Source: Botryllus schlosseri | Taxonomy: Eukaryota | Length of the DNA: 64,000 nucleotides | Assembly: GCA_051294905.1 (NCBI GenBank) | Contig: CM119372.1 | Coordinates: 25,360,001-25,424,000 of the forward strand | Direction: 5' to 3' | Shown: in pieces, positions 25,247 to 38,500 of the stretch | How the letters are laid out: every line of letters starts with the position of its first letter | Position numbering within the stretch: position 1 is the first letter of the stretch | Notes under the pieces: model-generated | What the model was told of the DNA's origin: nothing | What the model saw: the letters and a program-made list of their open reading frames with translations, nothing else | Databases searched by the model: none | Translations under genes and position numbers: made by a program

Positions 25247-25524
25247 TTGTTTGTTTGTTTTTTTGGGTATTCATGGTGTTTGTCGACTACTATGGTCATT
25301 TACACCAGGCCAATATTCTTCTTATTTTCCGTAACTGCCGACTTATAGAACGGCCCACCTCTAGGCTTTTGTAAGACACCGCTGACGCGGATGAGGTGGC
25401 GAGGAGGAGCCTATAGGTAAACCTCCAACACTTAGGTATCGGAATTCGGAAGTCGACCTCGGTCGAACCCGCACCCATTGGTGCTGCAGCCGCGGATTAT
25501 ACCACTGCGCTATCTCGTCACAGG
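25247..25524 (-). mobile_element. Full-length tRNA-derived SINE (family 1) with (CAAA)n tail
   Basis: A box tagcgcagtgg and B box ggttcgacc. 14-bp TSD tgctagaatctagt (25233-25246, 25525-25538). Partial copies at ~27166-27285 (-) and ~53460-53702 (+). Confidence 0.9.
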
Positions 25525-25983
25525 TGCTAGAATCTAGTGCTAGGCAATGGAATCGATGGTTGCCTCAATTGGCCTATTGAAGGCTCTGGTCTCGATTTGG
25601 ATCAACTAACTTATATCGTTGCTACTTCACCTTCCGTTCTGGACGACTGGTTCAAGTTTTTAACATGGAATCTAACAGTTTATATGACATCTTATATATC
25701 ATTAAATGTAGCAAAATGTGGTTACGAAAGTTTCAAACAGATTTTGAGATATTTTTCACGTCGGAAATATTTCTGCCAGAGCACCTGAAGTCGACCAAAT
25801 TGTGCGGAACATTATATTGCGTGTAGTTTCTAACATCAAACCCGGTTAAGAGGCATGTTTTAGGTGGAGTTCAGTCCCCTGTCATGCTTCAGTGATTTCA
25901 ACACCCTAGGCACGGCATAGAGAGGTATATTATGTTTCCAGTGAGAATGGATATGGCACAAGAATGCTATAAGTGTTGTTTAA

Positions 25984-26414
25984 AGGGGCGCTGCGCTCAA
26001 AAAATGACGTGGTCTCAAATTAAAGGGTAAAACGAAAAATAAAATTGGGCCGCAGCCATTTTCTTCAGAACGCCACTGTAATGGAGCTGCAATTTATTGA
26101 AATTTCCACAGGACCTTCACGCTCCAGCAGAGAACGAACTTAAGATAGTTGTCAGCCGATGTTATGAAGGAAATATGTCCAAAGTTCGTTCTCTGCGTGA
26201 CTGCCTTATCGCGTCGAGCAAGTGCGACGATGAAGACATCGCGCCATGTAACGGGTTAAGCAGCCGCGGCAGCTGGAGCGTGAAGGTCCTGTGGAAATTT
26301 CAATAAATTGCAGCTCCATTACGGTGGCGTTCTGAAGAAAATGGCTGCGGCCAAATTTTTTTTTGTTTTTCCGTTCAATTTCAGACCACATCAGTTTTTG
26401 AGCGCAGTGCCCCT
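25984..26414. mobile_element. Palindromic MITE with TTAA TSD (Kolobok-type termini AGGGG...CCCCT)
   Basis: TTAA at 25980-25983 and 26415-26418; ~145-bp near-perfect inverted arms. Confidence 0.85.
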
Positions 26415-26770
26415 TTAAGGCTTTGTAATAAGGATCCAGACCACCCCATACGTAGGTTAAACGTTTCAACTTTGCGACATATGAGGGTAGAACCCTGGTT
26501 CGGCCTGTTTGAAACGTTGAAACCTCGCCTACGCATTTATCAAGAGATGTTCACTCCCGTAATGCCATCGTGGGAGTCGGCCGTGGGGGAATCTGAGATA
26601 ATCATAATTTTGGGACATGAAAATATTGAAATCCCAGACGTCATTTCTGTCGCAAGAATTTTCAAGATAAAGGAGAATGACTGCGGCTATAGTATCCGTA
26701 ACAAAGTTTTAAATCAATATAAATATTTTTTTCAGCTATTTTTACGATCATATATAGACGATCCTTCAAT

Positions 26771-29700
26771 ATGGCGACTGCTAGGATTGCCATGTTCGCA
26801 TTAGTTTTACTGATGGCGGGAACAGTCGAAATGACACGACTAGAACGTAAGTATTCGTTTTCACGCCCTATTACCTTATAAATCAGGGGCGGGCAACATA
26901 CGACCCGCGGGCCGGATCCGGCTCGCGAAGGGATTTTGTCCGGCCCGCGGACAGTTTTCCGTCATACATGATAATGTGGCCCGCAGCCCCAGTCTGCCGA
27001 GATTCCTCACTACTTGCTTACTTCGTCAAATTTCAGTGACTGTATTTTATTATATGTGCGTATCCGCAGGGTGCGAGAGCGGAGCTTACGCGTAAGTTCG
27101 TCGAAGCGAGAAGACTTGCATTATCGGCATTTACGATGTACTCAACCCTAATGTCGTTTGTGGTAATCATGGTGTTTGTCGACTGCAATGATCATTTACA
27201 CCAAGCTGATATATCATATTTTTGAATCCGTAACTGCCGACTTGTAGCACGGCACACTTCCATAGGCTTTCGTAAGACACCGCTTATGTCAGGGGTCGCC
27301 AACTCAAAATGAGTCGCGGGCCACTTTTCAAATTTCGTGGAGGACGCGGGCCGCATGAATTCAATATCGAGATTAATTAGGCCACACAGTTGAACAAGGA
27401 CGCTATCTCGTCCCCTACTCAACCCTAATAAATTGATATCTTGGTAAATTTGGGGTACCGGGCTTATCGAACGCCTTGAAATCTTAATTAAGGATTGCAC
27501 TGTGTTGTTCGTTGATCAGCTGGAAGCAGACACAACGGCGCCTGTATGACAATGCTATTCTCAAATCCACATTGTATCGTCATTATCCGCGAGAAATGGC
27601 TTTGAAGTGCCATTGCTGTCGTTAAAGTACATTCATTAAATACGATATATTCCTTGTATACGTGGATAAATGGGCGAATAATGTATCGATTCAGGTATCC
27701 GGCCCGCCAAGTACTTAATTTTCCTATATCCCGCCCGCCGACTGGAGAAGTTGCCCGCCCCTGTTATATATGATAGCTGCGTACCAGAGATGAGCATGGA
27801 TTAGGATTAGGTTTTGAAAAAACAGGATTTGTGAAATTTTGTCGGATTTGGATTGGATTTGGATTAGACATTTTTTTCAGAACGGATTAGGATTTGGATT
27901 GGATTTACCTATTTTCTGGGAGATTAAAATGTCGTGTGGCGAATGAGAGAGAGAGAGAGAGAGAGAGAGTCTTTATTTTCATCGAACCAAAATACATAAC
28001 AAACGGCAGTGATGGTGGTACAGAAAATATGCGTGCACAGTATTCGGTATTAGATAGGAATGATCGATAAGACCGTGAATGTCATCTAGTCTGATCACAC
28101 CAGCATCAAACAGGTACACTTGACTCAGAACAGTCTGGCTGTAAAAAAAATGTTTAGTTAGGAAAGGAAAATAGAAAAAAATTAAACAATGGTAGCAAAT
28201 GATCAATGAAGCAATGTCTGGGCGAGGTAGGGCAACAGTGTTAGTGTAACGACAAGAGGTGATCAAGTAGGGCTTTTTTGAATCTATTATAAGGCAATTC
28301 ACGGATATGTGATGGTAATGCATTCCAGATGATAGGTCCCGAGTAGTCGATAGATCTCTTAGTTAGGTTGCTATTGGGTTGGGGTAAGTAGACGTTTCCT
28401 TTAGACGAAGATCTCGTGTAATGGGAATGGACATGTTTAGCAGGTATGAAAAAGTCATCAAACACAGGAGGGAGACTATTGGAAAAATATTTGTGAACAA
28501 CTTTTGATACTTCGAAGCGATACAGTTCATCAACTCGCAAAATTCGATGCTTACGGTAGTAAGGCGATAAATTGGTACGTAAAGGTACAGATGAGATCAG
28601 CCGTATCGCACGGTTTTGCAGGGTTCGAACTCTGCACAAAAATGTTGTACATGCATTTCCCCATACTACGATTCCATATTGCAGATGCGAGTGGAAAAGA
28701 GAGAAGTAGATGGTTCGTAGTACTGATCTGGAAACCAAAGATTGGAGACGGGTCATTATTCCCACACACCGAGCTAGTTTTGATATTGTGCATTCAATAT
28801 GCTGCTTCCAAGACAATGCGACAAACTTTATTCAGATCAGTTATTAATGTACTTATGGTTACTAAGTTTTCTTGAATCAAGTGAATCGTTGGTTGTGAAT
28901 GCAAATTTTCGAATCCCTCCATTGCATAAATTAGTATTTTTTCTGAATTTCCAGTTGGAATCGGATTAGGATTGGACATGGACTTGAATATGAAAAAGTT
29001 ATGGATTGGGATTAGGATTTGGATTTGAAGGTTCGGATTTGGATTGGATTGGGACATAGAAATTTCAAATCCGCTCATCTCTGCTGCGTACTAGCACAAT
29101 TTCGGATTATTTCAGTATTTCGGCTCTTAATCATGGTCGTGCAAATTTTGGTGCACATTAAATTGGGAAAGCGCATATATGCATGTGCATGTGCACTGAA
29201 TTCTACGATGGGTTTTCAGATGGCTAGGCTACGTCTTATATTCTTACATGAGCACTGAGCAGCCATATATTGCATAACCTTACATCTCCCACATGACCAT
29301 TGTATTGTATAGTGTATACACACAACCTACGGCTTTTCATCGTGACCACTGAATAACTCTCATTGGCCTTCGTGCTGTAACTGCAGCTGGATCTTCGTTC
29401 CATTTCCAATATGACGGCGGTGACTACTGGGTTCGAATCGATTGGTGGGGAACTGTATCATTTGCCGACGCGCAATCCGATTGTAAAACGAAGTACTCAG
29501 CAGAGGTGTATCAAGACGTAAATGCCGCTGAATTGGCGGAGGTTCAGTCTCAAGTCGAACAAAAGATTCCAGGAGACTGGAACGAAGTCATGCTATGGAC
29601 AGACGATGATGGTGTAAGTATCATACAAGTACTCATACGAAACATATGTTATAATGACCGAAGAAATGACGACGTGGATCGTCATTAATTCCGATATTGA

Positions 29701-32700
29701 TGACTATGGCTCGCAATATTCTTCGTATAGACTGCCGAAACAAAAGATTTATTGGTGATATGGAGACCGGGTACTGGTGGACCAAACAGGATTGAGAGCA
29801 AGCCTGTCAGCTACAAGGCTCACGGATACGTTTGCTACAAGCCCCGTAATTATCATTTTTATTTTTTAAAAATTATTGGCATGTTCGATGCTCGTGAAAC
29901 AATGCTCAGTGAGCTGTTGATATTTTGAATCAATAGAGGGTATGACGTGTCGTAAGATAGTACTGTCAGTAAACAAATTTTGCAAATTAGGTGAGGTATT
30001 CTTTAGTTGCAACATGCTGCTCAGAACACAGCGTGGCAGATCCGGAATTACCGTATTCACATCAGGGCAGCTCCGAAACGGCTATTCGGTGAAGTTGCAT
30101 AAAATTAATTCATTTCTCTTGTGGTGGTTTCCAAAGTGGGCGCCAGCGTCCCCTGGGGGCATTAGTGACCTCAACAGGAGCGCTAGCTATTAACTGGGAG
30201 AATGAGAGTGCGGAGCAAGAGGGGTGTTATGAACCATAGAAATCAGCGTGGTTAATCGAATAATATATATTTAAAAGTGTATTCTAATAAGAGGTATATG
30301 AATATGTGCAGAGGTGGTCTAAGTACTGTTGTCTTGATTTGTTTTCGCAAATGTCATGGTGACAGAAATACATAAGCATAGGAATCCCGTAACAGACATT
30401 TTCACAAGACTTTGACATGTCGTACAATCATTATATTCCTGCTCATTGTCCGGTGTCCTTGAATATACGCTACAGTCTGTTCATTATATCGTTCCCAGCC
30501 ATCGGCCACACTTACGAATTCCAGTATTCCGGAAATGACTATTGGGTTTGGATTGATTGGTGGGGGACGGTCAGCTTTGCAGAAGCTCAAACGCAATGTT
30601 CAAGTCATTCTGCCGAACTTGTAAGCATTTTCGACGGGGCTCAGGAGGCTGAAATAGAGAGACAAGTAGAATACAGGATTCCAACCGACTGGTCTGAAGT
30701 GATGCTGTGGACCAAAGACAGCCAGGTATTATAAATAATGTTGTTCTGGGGCGAAAAAATAGATTCCCATTGCATAGCAATATCGAAATGATACGCTGTG
30801 CAGGCTAGAGTAACCTTGCCAAACATTGAAAGATTCCGTAACGTTGCTTCGATTGCTTGTCACAGAGCACAGGAACGAATGTCATGCTTGTTGTATGGAG
30901 AGAAGGAACAGGGGGTCCGAATAGAAAAGAGAATCACTCGCCGAGTTACAAAGGCCACGGATACGTGTGTATCAAAAGGAATAACGAACGTAAGCCAACT
31001 CGCTAATATATGGAAGGTGCATATGAAATTGCTAATCGAAGAAGCTTGTTTGTGAGATGTTGGCCTATGTCTGCGAGCCTTGCGTTTCAGCGCCAGTTAA
31101 CTATGTTATGATCTGAACCCAGATCTGTATCCATTATCACTTTCTGTAGGTGATAAAGTTTGATCGATAACTTCAATGGATGTGGGTGATCGCATCGCCC
31201 AGGTGATCTTTTTCAGCGTGGGGGATTCATATTTCTCAATACTTTTCAGCTGGGAATTCCTACCAGTTCGATTTCGGCGGCGTTCGTTATTGGGTTATGA
31301 TTGATTGGTGGGGCACGACCAGTTATGGCGACGCCCAGAATGCCTGCAGCACCGAACACGACGCTGAAGTAGCCACCGCTCAAAATGCTGAGGTTTACGG
31401 CGAATTGCGCAAGCAAATCGAGTATCGCATTCCTCTCACATGGCGCGAAGTCATGCTTTGGACTGGTGACAGCAACGTATGTGCAATGTCCATTAAAATT
31501 CACCCGAAGAAAACTTATTTTAGATAGTGTTTATAGATTGCAGTCTATAGTCAGCATAAAGTTGATCGACTCGGAAATAATGCTACAAAAATTAACGCAT
31601 GTTGCGATGCCTTAGCCAGTGTTGGGATGACTCGAGTCATGACTTGACTCGAGTCAGACTCGAGTCAACTTTTTCGTATGACTTGACTTGACTCGAGTCA
31701 CTTTGCAAAAATGACTTGACTTGACTTGACTCGGCGCTTAAGAAATGTGGATTGACTCGTGACTCGGAGCAAAATTTACGAGTCAATTTCAAGTCATTAA
31801 GTATAAGGTGTCGATTAAATCACCCTATCTTATGTATGTTTGGGTTGTTCGCGATACGCCTGTGTCACTTATGAGAGAAACCAGTCATTGATTGATTGAA
31901 GGTTTAACTGATCCTCCATTGTTACATCACAAATAAATTGACCGCAAACGAAACGATCACAGCTTACGTTGTCGTAGTAGCAATAGATTCATCAAGTAAA
32001 AACGTATCTTTGTTTCTTAGACGGCTCAGATGCTTACATTGCGCACTGATCACATTCACCAACACTCTTGTATGATTTAATAAACCTAAGGAATATATAG
32101 GTTATGCGTTTATATTCTCACGGATGTGTAGATGGGTAGTGAATTGTAACATATCAATTTGTTCAACTTCCCGAGGCTTCGTATTCGATCCTCTATGTTG
32201 GCCGATAATAACATACTGTAGCATGTAGCTAGTTACTCACGTATTTTATTAGCAGTTCTTCGAGTGCGTGAGCGATACATCACCTTTTTGCATGTATATT
32301 CATTTTTATTTCATTATTTGATTCAAGCTTAATGGCCAATTATTCTGTCCATTCATTCAGTTAGTAAAATGTAATGACTTTGCATCATCTATCATACTTC
32401 GAAAATTCAATTTAACTTGAATTATGACTTGACTCGTGACTTGACTTGACTTGACTCGACTTGACTCGAGTCACCTCCAAAAAACGAGTGACTTGACTTG
32501 ACTCGAGTCACCTTTGAAAATCGATTGACTTGACTTGACTCGAGTCAAAATGTGCAATGACTCGAGATGACTCGTGACTCGAAGGTAGTGACTTGATCCC
32601 AACACTGCCCTTAGCTAATGTCGGTGGTTCGTAAGTTTGCAGATATTCTTGCTAAATTTTGTTTATGTGCGTTTACAGGTCGCTAACACCCATGTGATGC

Positions 32701-32798
32701 TTGTGGTTTCGAGAGACGGGACAGATGGACCGAATCGCAAAGAAGACCACCCGGACGCTTACAAAGGACATGGATACATTTGTCAGAAGCAGATATAA
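26771..32798 (+). CDS. Secreted protein with three tandem compact C-type-lectin-like domains (~371 aa, 7 exons)
   Basis: Exons 26771-26846 (signal peptide MATARIAMFALVLLMAGTVEM), 29387-29613, 29731-29845, 30499-30725, 30866-30989, 31250-31476 and 32679-32798. All borders are GT-AG with compatible phases (1,0,1,0,1,0); 1116 nt open to TAA. Each domain reads YWVxIDWWGTxS(F/Y)xxAQxxC...EVMLWT...GPNR...YKxHGY(V/I)CxK. Confidence 0.88.
26884..27763. mobile_element. hAT MITE in intron 1 of the lectin-like gene; contains a SINE fragment and another hAT end
   Basis: TIR caggggcgggcaac / gttgcccgcccctg; TSD ttataaat/ttatatat. Confidence 0.85.
27785..29083. mobile_element. hAT MITE (GGATT subterminal repeats) carrying a LINE insertion
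   Basis: TIR cagagatgagc / gctcatctctg; exact TSD ctgcgtac. Confidence 0.9.
27945..28816 (-). mobile_element. 5'-truncated LINE (CR1/L2 group, Crack/Daphne-like): ORF2 C-terminus, 3' UTR and (TC)n tail
   Basis: ORF 28241-28816 SWKQHI...IYFSLFHSHLQYGIVVWG...LQNRAIR...YSGPIIWNALP is typical of the post-RT region. Ends aaaataaaga(ctct)n. A small related fragment lies at ~7440-7540. Confidence 0.88.
31617..32607. mobile_element. hAT MITE with GACTT/GACTCGAGTC subterminal arrays (lectin gene intron 6)
   Basis: TIR cagtgttgggat / atcccaacactg; TSD gccttagc/cccttagc. Fragments at ~6910-7067 and ~59150-59283. Confidence 0.9.
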
Positions 32799-33519
32799 TT
32801 CGGGTGAGACAAACCTGAGCTGTTCCGAAAAATTGCCCATCTCAGTTTTCCAAGTCGCATTGAAAGCATTTCGGTTATAGTACTGAAATGAATTCTGTAT
32901 GCTTACATTTCATGTACTATTTGCTCATGCCGGCGAACTATATAGGATAGCCTACGTATAAGCAAAGCAGATGTCTTGCGATATCCGCGATGTGGACGGA
33001 ACCAAAGCGGTATATAAGATATTTATCGGATGCTTTGTCCACAGTGTATATAACACATCGACTCGAACTATTTTTCGTTTTCTTCCGTATGACGTTATAA
33101 ATCCCGCCACTCGAATACTCGACTGGAAAAAGAACAACAGATTTTCCTTGCTAAAATATGTCGACAAGTTTTGATTTGCTGCCGACCTTCATTTGCTATA
33201 ATAATGTATACCACAAATTTTCAGGCCGTGCTCCACGTGACGAGAAAGGCGATGGATCTTTCGACAGGATATGCTCATGAATGTCGGCATCTATATGCTC
33301 ATTGCTCATACTCAGATTGGGAATACTTTAATCACTTCACTTTATTGACATCGTGTGGTGCAATTCACTTGAACGGATTTCGCTTTTGAAAATACATTAT
33401 AGCATGCTTGACATCCGTTCGACTTTGTATTTCGCGTTTGAGTTTTCAGTATAGTGCGATAGAACTCGACGACGGCTCGCCCAAATGGGCAACTGCGGCT
33501 GTAAATCAACCATCGTCAG

Positions 33520-33870
33520 TTTATATTTTCATCGGAACAAGACACACACAGTGTACAATGCGAAAAGGCACAATGCCGAACTCCAGCTGTGGTTGAAGAA
33601 GCGGTCTTTTAAACTGGCATCTATCTGCTTCTGCCACAGGGCTCAATTTTCACAGTTCCTTTTTCGACGTTAGTCCGCATCTCTTTCTCGCAGTTTCCAT
33701 TCCTTGCCAGAGCGTTCTTTCATCCGGTCTTTTTCTGAGCTTTTTGTCGCCGTAAGAACAGCGACGCGTGGAAAAAGGAGCCTATAATAACCTCCGAAGC
33801 GGAATCGAACCCAAGCCGCCTGGGCGGTAGGCGCATATCGTCACAACCACGCCAGCTCCCCGCGCACCAA
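33520..33870 (-). mobile_element. tRNA-derived SINE (family 2)
   Basis: B box gggttcgattcc at 33801-33812 (-). Body shared with 8610-8910. Tail ...cttgttccgatgaaaatataaac. Confidence 0.7.
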
Positions 33871-35538
33871 CCACATTTGTTATTTAGAGACGCACACAAA
33901 CTTATATAGCGAAAGTGCGATATGTTGCCCTTGTACATGCCGACGAGTTCAGTCTTTTGCCCCACAGCGCTCATAACTAGCTTTACTTATCTAATATATT
34001 AATCTTATTATATAATTAATAATATATAGAACTGGTAAATACACACACATAATCCGGGGAGCAACCTGCCCCCAAAGGAAAATGGCGAGATTAAAGAAAA
34101 TTTTTAAAATTTCAGTGATATAGTCAAATTGTTATTCCTATGCAATTCATGAAGAGGTCAGATTACAGAATTGCGGTGGATGAAGAATTGTCAGGGTCTG
34201 TAAGCAGAGGTAGAGATGATTGAAGATGAACAATCTAAATTACAGGAATTATGTTGTGATTCACGCGCACAAGTGTAATTTTAGTCCAGCGGTGCATTAA
34301 AGGCATTTCGGAAAATATGCACAGTGTCCAATAGCGTGGTCTTTTGGATCATGTCGAATCGAACGTTACTCGGAATCTGTTAGATATGTCACATGCGTCA
34401 CATACGACCCCTGTAACGCTAATGACTATTACTTATCTATTCTCCCAAAGTCAGGAGTTTCCTCGTTTATGTTATACGCTGAGAAATTAGTGAGCACACG
34501 GGGCCACTTTTGATTTAGCAGTAGTTCTTTTTTCTCGTACATATGATATAGCAATGGTATCTGTATCTACGATCTATATTGCCAGAGTATCTTTGAGTGT
34601 AATGAAATCACATGTACAGTGGTGTTATAGATAGCACACCGACAAACTCTCGTCCTATAGTCGATGTGTAGCAAGTATATAGCAACGTGCGTTTAGTGGA
34701 GGCAAGTGAGGAAATGCCAGTTATTGGTATTTTTCTACTGATGTTCGTGAATAACCAATTTTCAAAATTTCTACTCCCAAAATTACCCGAATTGGCAAAA
34801 ATGACGAAAGGAGACGTGAGGCAGAGATGAGCCATATGCAAGCTTCACTTTTGATAGCGACGCGACTTCATAATTTATAATAACTGGTGTAATTCGAATG
34901 GTATTGTCGCACCAATGATTCCAAATACATGAATAAGGTCAGGGCTACAGAACCCCCAAAAAAATCGCCCGCGAGTGTAAAAATAACTGAAGCAATACAG
35001 GGTAAAGCATGAATTCAATCCTAACAATAAGACATGCGCAGCGATGAAATGCGCTAACGGATATCGACATAACAAGAGGACGGTGCGTTGCAGTATGAAT
35101 TGTCAAGTTGCGATGCCCAATATTTAGCGCGGAGCAAATACCTTCTCTCCCTGATGTAGCTAGCTGTTCCGTATTTTTCAAACGTACCTTCCATTATGAA
35201 TACGTAGTACCTGTTAGCGTGATTTACGTACAAAAAGTGCTAATGCTAATGTGATACGAAGCAAGTCGTCATTTGAATCAGCTACTCGTTTGGGTTTTAT
35301 GTATTTGCGAATCTAAATGTAAAAGGGAATCAGTCTCCCAAGCCATGAACCTCACCGCACGTCACTGTATCAATACCCGCAATCTAAGAAATCGGAAGAA
35401 AAATCTAATTAATGTCTTAGTATAGAGAAATCTTCCTGACAGCTTCACAAGCGCTTCAAAACTTTAACTGCAATTCTCCGCACATAAAAATGATGTATGG
35501 TATATTTATTTAAAAAAAACGAATAAAAAATAACTATA

Positions 35539-38500
35539 TCAACGTTTCATTATTCGATCAAAGTTCGATATTACTTGCTCAGTGCATTGTATCGCGGATT
35601 CAGTCAAGGAAACCTTTTCGTCGCACTCGTCGTCTTTGGTAATTCTGTCTTGTATATCGTCATAGCGAGAAGCGTGTTGTTCGGGTATAGATTCGGGATG
35701 CGGGTGTCTACGAAGAGAGCTTCGTCGAGAATGGGTTTTTCCTAGCGACCCCGCGCGGCTCGATCTGCCCAAACTTCCGCTCGAAAAATTAACATCACTT
35801 GATTGGTAGTTCTGTGGTGTTGCACAAGCAGACTGGGGTCTTTGTGTGCTATTTAGTCTTCCGTGATATTCGGTGTTATTGCGGACGGTGAATGATTGTC
35901 TACGGGAGTCTGTTACGTCAGTTCTGTAGTACAAATCTGGGCGACTGGTCTCCGGGAAATAGCTTTGTGAAGAAAAGTCGTTCGAACGTGAATCAGGGCG
36001 ATACCAATCACTACCTGATCCCTGTCGAGAATGCGAAGGGGTGCCGTGGTACGATAACTGGCTAGATCTCCTTGTGAGAGATGGATATTCCGAAAAATTG
36101 GCTGGATTTCGACAGGTGTGTAAAGGTGGGTTGGCCAGATCTAGCATCACTCGAAGAGGTTGTGTTTCGCTTATTGTCTCCAGACTGCGCGGGTCGTTGC
36201 TAATGGAATCGAGATAGTAACTTTGTGATAATCCCCTCTCTCCATTAGCGTATGCGTAGTTGACCACATCGCTGTTGCTATCGTTCCGGTATGTGTCCCG
36301 GCTGTAACCTGTGAAATGTTGCGTCTCAGTTACAGACGAAAGTTAACATTTATATAGCGATATACCAACAGATGATGTGTCAAGACACAGGTTGGAGAAA
36401 TAATATGAAATATGTCGACTTCTTTTTACTAATATCAGTAGGATTTACAGCGGTTTACGTGCATTGTAATTTCCTGCTGTTGATATTTTGAATCCATACA
36501 GTGTATTGTATTGTATACCCCACCATGCTCTAGCACAAAAGGAAGAACTGCTTATACCTGGATCTGACGCAGCTGGCATCCAGCATTCATCAGAGTGGCC
36601 GTAATTTCGACATGCAGGTGTACATCGCTCACCCATATTGGCTGGGTATCTGTACTGCATTGCGCGTGTTGGCGGATGTGAAATATGTGACTTATCTGAA
36701 AAATATAATTTATTCGTAATTCCCTAAAATATATATATCACAATAGGTTGTCACATACCTCTGTCACCTATGCAACTGTCTGTGTCCTTGTCACTGTCAC
36801 CTCTTCCACTATCGCCATCTCCGGTGGGTATCTCAGGAGTTTTTGATCTTGCAGTTTCGTTCAAGTCCTGTTATTAACACAATATGTATTTGATCAGCTG
36901 CCAATGCATTACATTCACATTCGATTACTCACCTCTCTTTGTCTACTGAATGTCGTGAATTTCAGTTCATTCTCGCTGGTTTGTGCTGCCATGGAGGCCT
37001 TGTCGGATAGCGACACACAATCCGTCCGTCTGTCCGCGCGCGTTCGTTTCAAGGAAGCGGGCAACGTATTGACAGATTCAGCCTTATCGGAAGTACGGAT
37101 ATTGATTGTACTCGCGCACGACAGTCCGCCTCTTGATCCGATTTCTTCTGTGCGAAAGTTATACACCTGGAACTCCTGCAAATCACGTAATAGAGTGAGG
37201 CGATGTTATTAGAGTTTAAGTAAAAATGCATTGAAGACCTTTCAGTTCATCTTTTTATTTGAGTACATGGAAAGATGTGGTTACAGTTGGTATCATTGGT
37301 GCTCAAGAAGAAGTACTAACTTAAATTTTGCTCAATTACAGGCAGAAGCAGGGATTTCGAAGAAATGTCAAAACTACGTCAATTGGAAGTAAAAAATGAA
37401 GATTTGAAAAGTTCTCAAGTATGCAGTTACAAAAACGTAGATTGGGTGGAGACGTCGCATAATTTCGATGGCCGATCGAAGGAGGTTACCTTCGAAATTG
37501 CAGGATCCATCTAACGCCAGTACAAATCGATGCAACTTTCCAAAATAACTTTATAGTTACCTCGATACAGTGGCTATTCCACCAGTTCGTTATGACAATT
37601 TCACTGACAAACGTGATGTAAATATATATACTTTATGTGTACAAGTTTTAACTTTACAAAATCCAAAGTCTAAAAAGTGAGTAGTCTTGCGTAAACCAAT
37701 GTCAAGTAGAACTGGATGCAGTAAAAATACAAAACCACTTGAATAAGTACTGCAAGTCGGGAAATCTGGTTGAATACTTAGAAAAAGTAGAGGTATGATG
37801 TATACTTCATCACTGACCCCCCTCTGAGCCGGGAGGTGATGACTATGTCATGTCCGTTCAAATGTTAACATCACCTAAAGGTTTAATTTTAGTGGCCTGC
37901 ATAAACTGGACTGCGATGCATGGAACTATACACGTGCATGATGACTGTATTTGCGACTGGCTGCGTTCGTATGGATAGCCCGGCGGCAAACAGCGGTTTA
38001 ACCGAAAGACGACTCACTCATCGTACCAAGTCAAGAGTCCTAACAATGACACGTGAAGCCTTAAAGTTACATCTTTTTGTCTTAGCGATAATATAGGATG
38101 AGAATGACTCTCATAATGCGCTTGCGCACATAAACATGCTTACCTTTTTCTCTCTCCGACATTTCAGTACAATGCACACGAGTACTACGAGGAGTATTAG
38201 GGTTATTGACGCCAGGCTCGACAGTATGATCGCGGTTATTTTCGTGTTTTGCTCTTCGTCGTCTTCGTGATAATTTGGTATCACTTCCGACAAGGGCAAG
38301 TCAACCACTTTGACGCTGATTGGCATCGTAGATTGCAACGGAGGAGAGCCTTTATCGCTCGCCTGTGATCACGAGAGAAGGTATAAATTCGGAGTTCAGC
38401 GTTATATCTTTAATCGGCTAATTCAATGCACGCTATACGATTACTAAAATTATTATATGTAATAGGAGACGTGCAATTTTTAGTTCGCAAGTATCCTCAG

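Noticed and set aside
28241..28816. 191-aa ORF as an antisense host gene nested in the lectin intron
   Set aside because: It is the C-terminal part of LINE ORF2, has no ATG start, and is followed by a LINE tail.
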